A stretch of 64,000 nt of DNA from Kiritimatiellia bacterium. Lineage in GTDB: Bacteria; Verrucomicrobiota; Kiritimatiellia; JAAZAB01. The translations under genes were made by a program, and so were the position numbers. Of this stretch, positions 56,962-64,000 are shown piece by piece. The notes under the pieces are model-generated. The model did not search any database, was not told the DNA's origin, and worked only from the letters and a program-made list of their open reading frames with translations. The first letter of the stretch is position 1; the number at the start of each line of letters is the position of its first letter. The stretch spans positions 8,343-72,342 of the forward strand of contig JAXGPF010000005.1 in NCBI GenBank assembly GCA_040767085.1, written 5' to 3'.

Positions 56962-59900
56962 TTACTTGCGGCGCCGCCGGCTGGCAACGTCTGGTACAAT
57001 GACAAAATGTGCGCTGGCATGAGGCGCCAGTTCCAGGCTGAGCCGCAGATATGCGGCGTTTTTTTCCACTAAATGCCAGGGGCAATCGCACCGGATGCGC
57101 GCCGGGGCCAGCCGGGGCAGGCGGATGGTCAGCACCGGCCGGATGGTTTGCGCCGGCGCGGGGTGGTTGTCTTCCATGACGACGATATTCGCCTGTCCGC
57201 GGCGGTCGTAAAAGGCGATCAACTTGCCCGCGGTGGATTCGACTGCCGGCCGGCCCGCCCAGCGCAGCGCCAGGGCCATGGCCCGGTTCATCAACACGCT
57301 CCGGCTTTCCTTGCCGTAGGACACCAGGTTTTTCAAATCCAGCCGCTGAACCATGGTCGGAGGTATGGTGAAAAAAACCGTCCGGCCCCATCGGGTTTGC
57401 CGGCATACCAGGGCGGCCGCCAGTTTCCGGCCGCGTGCATCCAGTCCCGCGATCAGCGTTGCGGCCGATGCGGCATCGTAGGCCGCCCGGCAATGCGGCG
57501 TAGCGCATTCCTCCGCCGCGGCCGGCAAGTCCCGCCAAATGCCGGCGCGGCCGGCGGCCGCCTGCAGAGCGCGCAGTGGGAGCGGCCGCTCCAGGCGGCG
57601 GATGCCGAACAAGTCGGCCAGGCTGCCGGCTTCCTCGAACCCGACCAGGGCCACACCCCGCGCATGCAGGCGGCGGATCGCCTGCTGGATTGCCATGGAA
57701 ACGCCGGTCAGCGGCGGCAGCACCAGGGAATGCGCGTCTGCCGGATCGAGTTGCTCGATCGCCGCCAAGTCCGCCAGGAACCCGGCCTGCTGGCCATCCA
57801 AACGCGCCTGCTCATAGGCGAAGGCCGGCGCTTCCTCGGCCGTATTGACGACATCGTGGTAGTCCAGGCGCAACTCGAAATCAGGATTGGTGCGGGTGGG
57901 CGTAAATGTATCCGGATGCGCCAGGCAGGCGCCGCGGCTGACGGCAAAGGCGGTTGTCCGCAACGGCCGCGCCGGCGGATGCTTGCGGATCGTTCCCCAG
58001 GCGCGGAGCATTTCGCGGTAATGCGCCTGGTTCCAGGCCATGGCCTGAAACCCGTTGTCCCGCCAAAAATGCCAGCCGGCGGCGTCGAACCAGGCGGCCG
58101 CAAAGGCATACTCGAAAAAAGTTTTCCGGAAGAACGGCGGCGGGGTATGCGAGTGGCCGTAAGGCGGCCTGCCGTACACCGGGCGCAAATCGCTGGCGCA
58201 GCCGTTAATGCCATAGACTTCGGGGTAGATTTTCAGGCCCGGCCCTTCCATTTTCAGGGCGGCAAGCATGAAGACCGCGCGTTGCAGCGGATAGCCGCAC
58301 ATGTAGGGATAATCCTCCAGCAGCATCGGGCCGTCATAAAACCGCTCCAGGCGGCGGCGCAAGTCGCGGCCGGTGTACCGCGCGAAATACGCGCCCTTGT
58401 AAGCGGAACCATAAGGCGGGTAAATGCCGTAAGTCACCCATTCCGCGCCGGCATTGACCGCGCGCAAGCGCCGGTGCATGGCCGGCAAATGTTCCTGCAG
58501 CATGTACTGGTTGAAAAATTCCACCCACTCCTTCCAATGCCGGGTCAGCAGTTCGCAATACATTTCAAAGCTCAATTTCCGGCTGCTCGCGATCGCCGCC
58601 GCGTCCAGGCTGGCGGCTGCCTGGTTCCGGCTCCGGCGGTCCGCCGGCGCCGGGCCGGCCGGCGGATGCCGCCGGAGGAATTTCAGCAATGCGTCCAGCA
58701 CCACCTGGTCGTAACCGCCGTGCCACAGATCGTGCCGCTGATTCCAGTAAATCCGGTCGGCATGCGGCAACACGTCCGCATTTTTTTCCGGGTCTTTCTC
58801 CGGCGTCATGCGGCGGTGCAGTTCCACTACCCATTTGCGCCGGTAAAGATGGACTACATTCCAGATCCGATCGCGCCGCGCCGGCAAAATCTGATGGCAG
58901 CAATTGGCCAGGTAATGCGCGGCGTCCACCCCGCGTCCCACCCAGGGATCGAAGGCGCCGGTTTCCGTGGCGTAGTCCGGGATATTCGGAATCAGGTCCG
59001 GCAGCCCGGAAGCCTGCGGAGGCGACGGCGCCGCCGGGTCGGCGGACATCACTTCAAACGCGCTGCGGGTTGCAAGGATCCGTTCCTCGCCGCGCCGTAA
59101 TTCCGCGCGGAGATGATATACCCCGATCCGCAGTCCCGTAAAAATCACCGGCGCGGAGATGAAGGTGGCGGCGCCCAGGCGCGCGGCCAGTTGCGCCGAT
59201 AAATCGTCGCCCGCCGCGGTCAGTTTCACCGGCCGGGCCCGCTGTTTGGGCGCTTGATAAGCATCCTCCAAAGTCACCTGGAGCGACAAGTCCGCGGCGC
59301 GCCAATCCGGTCGGCGATGGCGCACCCGGCAGGTCAGCCGTACGCGCTCGGAAGTCAGGAAAAAGTGGTTGTTTTGCGCGAAGGCCAGCGCCGCCGCGCG
59401 GCGTTTTTCGGTCCGGGGTATCATGGCGGCGATTTGCTTGTCGGGCGGCGATAGAATTTCCAGCACGGCCGCGCCGGGATCGAGCGCCGGACCGTTGTAA
59501 ACCACTTTCCCGGTTTGCGGACACACCAGCATTTCGGCGGGGCCGCCCGCCAGCGCCAGGCGGTCTTCCGCCTCGTAATATTCATAGCCCAGCGCCAGCC
59601 AGGTCCGGTCCGGCAACCCCCGGAACAGCAACTCCCGGCACGCCGGCCCTTCCGCGTCGCAGGGCCAATCGCCGGACGAGCGCGGATTCCAATGTTCCTT
59701 CAAACCCAGGGATCCGGTATGCAGGTAATATTTTTGCGGCGCGTCTTCGCCGCTTTCCACCCGCACGTAAGGCCGCGTCAAGCGCGAATTCCCGCGCAAC
59801 CCGCGGAAGTCGCACACCGACGGCGGACGCTGAGCAGGACCGCCTTCCAGCGCGGCCGCCAGCTTTGTCCGCCGCGGACTGCGCCAGCCGGCGATGCGGA

Positions 59901-60603
59901 ACCGCCAGGGATCGGTCATCCCGTTCCAATCGGCGGGCAATTCGAAGCAGCGTTCGGGCCAGAGCCGCCGCCATGTTTCGCGTTCGCGCGATTGAATCCG
60001 CACCTGCCGGATATCCAGCACATAAAACTGAGCTGCATAAGCGCGGTCCAGGCCGATCAAGCCCGGCCCATCGCATGTGCGCGCCGGGTCGGCAAACCGG
60101 GCCGCGCAAATATCCTGGTGGTAAAACGCAAACGAGCAGGCGCCGATTTTCAGTCGCAGCCGGCAATCCGACGTCGGCGGCGTCGCGGGCGCGCCGGACA
60201 GCCGCGGCGCGCGCGCCAGGGTGTCAATATTCCCGTCGCGATAGATGCCAAAGACGGTTTCCAGCCCCTGGTCGCCGCCCCAGGCGTGTTGAATGCAATA
60301 GCCTGCGCGCCGCCGGGGATCATACCGGAAATAAATGCGCAAGGCGCACCGCGCGCTGTAAACGTCGCTGCGCGCCGTGAACGTCACCTGGGCCGTCCGC
60401 GCCGGGGGGGCCGGCGGGAAATGCAGGTTGCCGGCGAACAGGAAGCGCAGGGCGCCGCCGCGTATTTCCGCCAGGTCATGGAACAGGTCGGCATGCCGTT
60501 CCACCGCCCATCCCTGCGGCGCCGTCCCATCCAACTGGGACTGGAAATCATCCTGGTAAATCAAGTTGTCAGACACCTTTGATTTGCAGAATGGTGTTTG
60601 CAT
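56962..60603 (-). CDS. large hypothetical protein, 1213 aa, no signal peptide
   Basis: ORF track; ATG at 60603; no family recognised. Confidence 0.5.
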   Translation of the reverse strand: MQTPFCKSKVSDNLIYQDDFQSQLDGTAPQGWAVERHADLFHDLAEIRGGALRFLFAGNLHFPPAPPARTAQVTFTARSDVYSARCALRIYFRYDPRRRAGYCIQHAWGGDQGLETVFGIYRDGNIDTLARAPRLSGAPATPPTSDCRLRLKIGACSFAFYHQDICAARFADPARTCDGPGLIGLDRAYAAQFYVLDIRQVRIQSRERETWRRLWPERCFELPADWNGMTDPWRFRIAGWRSPRRTKLAAALEGGPAQRPPSVCDFRGLRGNSRLTRPYVRVESGEDAPQKYYLHTGSLGLKEHWNPRSSGDWPCDAEGPACRELLFRGLPDRTWLALGYEYYEAEDRLALAGGPAEMLVCPQTGKVVYNGPALDPGAAVLEILSPPDKQIAAMIPRTEKRRAAALAFAQNNHFFLTSERVRLTCRVRHRRPDWRAADLSLQVTLEDAYQAPKQRARPVKLTAAGDDLSAQLAARLGAATFISAPVIFTGLRIGVYHLRAELRRGEERILATRSAFEVMSADPAAPSPPQASGLPDLIPNIPDYATETGAFDPWVGRGVDAAHYLANCCHQILPARRDRIWNVVHLYRRKWVVELHRRMTPEKDPEKNADVLPHADRIYWNQRHDLWHGGYDQVVLDALLKFLRRHPPAGPAPADRRSRNQAAASLDAAAIASSRKLSFEMYCELLTRHWKEWVEFFNQYMLQEHLPAMHRRLRAVNAGAEWVTYGIYPPYGSAYKGAYFARYTGRDLRRRLERFYDGPMLLEDYPYMCGYPLQRAVFMLAALKMEGPGLKIYPEVYGINGCASDLRPVYGRPPYGHSHTPPPFFRKTFFEYAFAAAWFDAAGWHFWRDNGFQAMAWNQAHYREMLRAWGTIRKHPPARPLRTTAFAVSRGACLAHPDTFTPTRTNPDFELRLDYHDVVNTAEEAPAFAYEQARLDGQQAGFLADLAAIEQLDPADAHSLVLPPLTGVSMAIQQAIRRLHARGVALVGFEEAGSLADLFGIRRLERPLPLRALQAAAGRAGIWRDLPAAAEECATPHCRAAYDAASAATLIAGLDARGRKLAAALVCRQTRWGRTVFFTIPPTMVQRLDLKNLVSYGKESRSVLMNRAMALALRWAGRPAVESTAGKLIAFYDRRGQANIVVMEDNHPAPAQTIRPVLTIRLPRLAPARIRCDCPWHLVEKNAAYLRLSLELAPHASAHFVIVPDVASRRRRK

Positions 60604-60644
60604 GAGTAATTCTTTGGAGCCTTAAACTACGGCAACTGCCAAAA

Positions 60645-60668
60645 AAGACAAGCAAATTTGCTTGTCTT
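60645..60668 (-). promoter_or_regulatory. perfect 24-bp palindrome with U-tract in the 5' leader of the 1213-aa gene (attenuator or operator candidate)
   Basis: AAGACAAGCAAA/TTTGCTTGTCTT read directly; on minus strand followed by T-tract, ending about 36 nt upstream of ATG 60603. Confidence 0.4.
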
Positions 60669-60776
60669 CCTTAACGGCGCGCAGTTAATATGCAGCTTAT
60701 AAATTTTTTCGAGATCGGATCCGGCCGTCAGATTGACGCCGGCGCCGGCTCCCGGATCGTTTTTTTTACATAATAT

Positions 60777-63700
60777 ATGTCAAACGTAAAAGACCGACTG
60801 CCCGGCTGGATGTTGATATCGTTCGCGGCCGCCATGCTGGCCCTGTCTGCCGCCACGGGTTGGTACTACCAGCATGGACGGCGGATGATCGAAGCAAGAG
60901 CCGCGGACCATTTAACCGCCATCGGCCGTTTGAAAACCGGCCAGATCGCCGCGTGGCGCAGAGAGCGGCTGGCCGACGCCGCCGTCCTGGCCCAGGGCGT
61001 CGCCTTTTCCGCTAAAGTCGCCCGGTTTCTGGCGGGTCAGGACAGGGAAGACACGCAAGAATTGCGGGCGTGGTTGCGCCGTTACCAGGAGCATTATCAT
61101 TATGCGGATATCCTGCTGATTGACCGCCAGGGCTCCTGCCGGCTCAACCTCTCGGGCAAGCAGATGGCGGCGGAAAAATTCCAGCCGGCGCTGGCGCCCG
61201 CCTTTGAAATGCGGCGGCCTTATTTGACCGACCTGCACTCCGATCAGGATATTCCCGCCGCGCATGTCGGCGCAATCGCGCCCATCTTCGCCGGGAACGA
61301 TCCGGCGACCGAACCCCTGGGCGCGATCATCCTGATTACCTACGCCGACCAGTACCTCTTTCCGCTGTTGCAAACCTGGCCCGCGCCCAGTTAAACCGCG
61401 GAAACCATCCTTTCCCGCCGGGATGGCGCGGACATTTTATTGATAACACCACTGCGGCATCAGCCGGATGCCGACCAGCCCCGGCGTATGCCCTTAACCC
61501 AGACGAATGTGCCGGCCGTTCAGGCGGCCCTGGGACACGCGGGGGTCGCGGCGGGCGTGGATTACCGCGGCGCCAGGGTTCTGGCCTACGCCGCTGCCAT
61601 CGCCAACACACCCTGGTTCCTGGTGGCCAAGCAGGACGAGGCGGAAATCTTCGCCGATTGGCGGTATCGCAGCCGGATGATCCTGGGCGCCTTCCTGGCC
61701 TGGGCCGCCGGCATCATCGGCATCGGGGCCGCTGCCTGGCAGCGCAACAACAAGGCGCATTACTGCGCCTTGTATCAAGCCGAAGCCCGGCAGCGCGCCG
61801 CGGCGGAAGAGGAAGCGATGATCCTGTGCTCCATCGGCGACGCCGTCATTGCCGCCGACTCGGCCGGCCGGGTGAAAGTAATGAACGGCGTGGCCGAGGA
61901 ACTTACCGGCTGGACCGAGCAAGAAGCCATCGGCAAACCGCTGGCCGAGGTCTTCAACATCATCAACGAAGAAACCCGGCAGCCGGCGGAAAATCCGGTG
62001 GCGAAAGTCCTGCGGGAAGGCGTCGTGGGCGGCCTCGCCAACCACACCCTGCTGATCTCCCGGGACGGCCGCGAGCGGCCCATCGCCGATTCCGCCGCGC
62101 CGATTTACGACGAGGCCGGCGGCATCGTCGGGGTGGTTTTGATCTTCCGCGACAAGACCGCCGAATGGAACTACCGGACGCTCTTCGAAAAAATGCTTGA
62201 CGGCTTCGCCGTGCACGAATTGATCTGCGACGAGCAGGGCCGGCCGGCGGACTACCGCTTCCTGGAAGTCAATCCCGCCGCCGAAAGCATGCTGGGCAAG
62301 CCCGCCGGGGAGATCATCGGCAAGACGATCAGCCAGTTGCTGCCCAAAACCGAGCGTAACTGGATTGAAATCTACGGCCGCGTGGTGCAAACCGGCCGTC
62401 CCGCCCGCTTTGCGGCTTACGCCCAGGCGTTGAACAAGCATTTCGAGGTATCGGCCTTCCGCACGCATGCCCATCAATTCGCCGCTATCTTCCAGGATGT
62501 CACCGCGCGCCACCAGACCGAGCAGGCGCTGCAGGAGAGCGAACGCCGGCACCGTTCGCTCACCGACGATGTGCTGGACAACACGGAAGTCGGCATAATC
62601 ATCCTGGACGCCCAGTTCAACGTGGTTTTGATCAACCATGCCATCGAGCGTTTCTTCGGATTGCAGCGGGAACAGGCTGTTGGCCAAAACAAGCGGCGCC
62701 TGATACAGGAGCAGATTGCCGGCATCTTCGAGGATCCGGTGGAATTCCAAGCCCGGCTCTTCGCCACGTATGCCAACAACTCCTATGTCGAAAAATTTGA
62801 ATGCCGGGTGATGCCCGACGGGCCGCGGGAAGGGCGCTGGCTCCAGCATTGGAGCAAGCCGATCGGCGCCGGCCTGTATGCCGGCGGCCGGATCGAGTAT
62901 TATTACGACATCACCGAACTCAAACAGGCGGAAGAAGAGCAGCGGCGGCTGTTCTCGGCGATCGAACAAAGCGGCGATATTGTCATCATCACCGATCCGG
63001 AAGCGAATATCCAGTACGTCAACCGGACCTTCGAGCAAATCACCGGCTACATCCGCGCGGAAGTCCTGGGCAAGAATCCGCGCCTCCTGAAAAGCGGCAA
63101 ACAGGGCGAAGGCTTTTACCGCGAGATGTGGGATCACCTGGCGGAAGGCAAGGTTTTTCGCGCGTGCATGATTAACAAGTGCAAAGACGGCTCGTTATAC
63201 ACTGAGGACGCCACCATCTCGCCGGTCTTCGACAAAGCCGGCAAAATCGTCAATTACGTTGGCGTCAAGCGCGATATGACCGAGCGCCTGTCCATGGAAG
63301 CCCAACTGCAGCAGGCGCAGAAAATGGAACTGGTCGGCCGGCTGGCGGGCGGCGTGGCTCACGATTTCAATAACATGCTCAGCGCCATCCTGGGCAATGC
63401 GGAATTAGTATTGGAGCAAACGCCGGCGGAATCTCCGACTTACCCGGAAATCCAGGAAATCATCGCCGCCGCCAAGCGTTCCGCGGGCATCACGCAGCAG
63501 TTGCTGGCGTTTGCCCGCAGGCAAATCATTTCTCCCAAAATGCTGGATTTGAATGATAGCATATCCAGCATGCTCAAGATGCTGCAACGCCTGATCGGGG
63601 AGAATATTGACCTGGCCTGGCTGCCTTCCAAAACCGCCTGCATCGTGAACATAGATCCTTCGCAACTGAGCCAGGTGCTGGTCAACCTTTGCGTCAATGC

Positions 63701-64000
63701 CCGGGATGCCATCCATAATATCGGCAAAATCACGATTGAAACCAGCAAGATCAAGCTGGATGAACAGTATCGCGCCATCCATCCGGAAGCCGCACCCGGC
63801 CCGTATGTCATTTTAAAAGTCAGCGATAACGGCAGCGGCATGGATGCGGAAACGATGAGCCATCTTTTCGAACCGTTTTTCACGACCAAAGAAGTCGGCC
63901 GCGGCACCGGCCTGGGCCTGGCCACGGTGCATGGCATCGTGACGCAAAATCACGGATTCATCCAGGTGGAAAGCCAGCCCGGCCAGGGCGCCTATTTCCA
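60777..64000 (+). pseudogene. sensor histidine kinase (Cache-like sensor, TM, 3 PAS, HisKA, HATPase) interrupted by in-frame TAA at 61392..61394; 3' end beyond window
   Basis: Track ORF 60777..61394 ends at TAA; same frame continues without further stops through second Cache half, TM2, PAS domains, H-box VAHDFNN and HATPase GTGLGL to window end. Confidence 0.7.
61488..64000 (+). CDS. C-terminal portion of the histidine kinase if the stop is genuine (restart at ATG 61488; TTG 61440 also possible), partial
   Basis: First in-frame ATG after the TAA; not in ORF track because no stop inside window. Confidence 0.35.
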   Translation, partial: MPLTQTNVPAVQAALGHAGVAAGVDYRGARVLAYAAAIANTPWFLVAKQDEAEIFADWRYRSRMILGAFLAWAAGIIGIGAAAWQRNNKAHYCALYQAEARQRAAAEEEAMILCSIGDAVIAADSAGRVKVMNGVAEELTGWTEQEAIGKPLAEVFNIINEETRQPAENPVAKVLREGVVGGLANHTLLISRDGRERPIADSAAPIYDEAGGIVGVVLIFRDKTAEWNYRTLFEKMLDGFAVHELICDEQGRPADYRFLEVNPAAESMLGKPAGEIIGKTISQLLPKTERNWIEIYGRVVQTGRPARFAAYAQALNKHFEVSAFRTHAHQFAAIFQDVTARHQTEQALQESERRHRSLTDDVLDNTEVGIIILDAQFNVVLINHAIERFFGLQREQAVGQNKRRLIQEQIAGIFEDPVEFQARLFATYANNSYVEKFECRVMPDGPREGRWLQHWSKPIGAGLYAGGRIEYYYDITELKQAEEEQRRLFSAIEQSGDIVIITDPEANIQYVNRTFEQITGYIRAEVLGKNPRLLKSGKQGEGFYREMWDHLAEGKVFRACMINKCKDGSLYTEDATISPVFDKAGKIVNYVGVKRDMTERLSMEAQLQQAQKMELVGRLAGGVAHDFNNMLSAILGNAELVLEQTPAESPTYPEIQEIIAAAKRSAGITQQLLAFARRQIISPKMLDLNDSISSMLKMLQRLIGENIDLAWLPSKTACIVNIDPSQLSQVLVNLCVNARDAIHNIGKITIETSKIKLDEQYRAIHPEAAPGPYVILKVSDNGSGMDAETMSHLFEPFFTTKEVGRGTGLGLATVHGIVTQNHGFIQVESQPGQGAYF

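Noticed and set aside
57073-60582. Plus-strand ORFs of 675 and 355 aa
   Set aside because: Antisense to the 1213-aa minus-strand gene; Arg/Gly/Pro-rich shadow ORFs.
61494-63137. 547-aa minus-strand ORF, and plus ORFs 61658..62200 and 62801..63175
   Set aside because: Opposite or out of frame relative to the histidine kinase reading frame, which shows PAS, H-box and HATPase motifs.

Overview
High-GC (roughly 65%) bacterial chromosomal segment, about 90% coding, with lower-GC intergenic islands. From manual reading of the six-frame track I support about 50 protein genes, one tRNA-Glu and three unrelated insertion elements. Housekeeping genes (pdxB, rlmN, deoB, class II RNR nrdJ, queC, rpsT, HU, kdsD, pgpA, Sua5/TsaC) are interleaved with a cell-envelope/glycan accessory set: GT4/GT2 glycosyltransferases, a WbaP-like initiating sugar transferase, an OMP, an Mla-like MCE transporter, large secreted beta-helix/CBM proteins, and SGNH and beta-lactamase-family hydrolases. 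The secreted beta-helix repertoire suggests, weakly and by inference only, a Planctomycetes-Verrucomicrobia-Chlamydiae-superphylum-like organism. The most notable observations are: (1) the Mla-like operon carries an ABC-ATPase homolog that has lost every catalytic motif; (2) a Cache-PAS histidine kinase is interrupted by an in-frame TAA; (3) three IS elements (IS200-like Y1 unit with perfect 17-bp inverted repeats, an ISNCY/IS1202-like element with 19-bp target duplication, an ISL3 element) each sit at a gene end or promoter; (4) several palindrome/hairpin arrays occupy intergenic regions; (5) an orphan AmmeMemoRadiSam radical SAM enzyme and a zinc-finger-less ClpX paralog. No CRISPR array, rRNA or recognisable defence or toxin-antitoxin cassette was seen. 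All domain calls are from motif recognition by eye; no database search was run.
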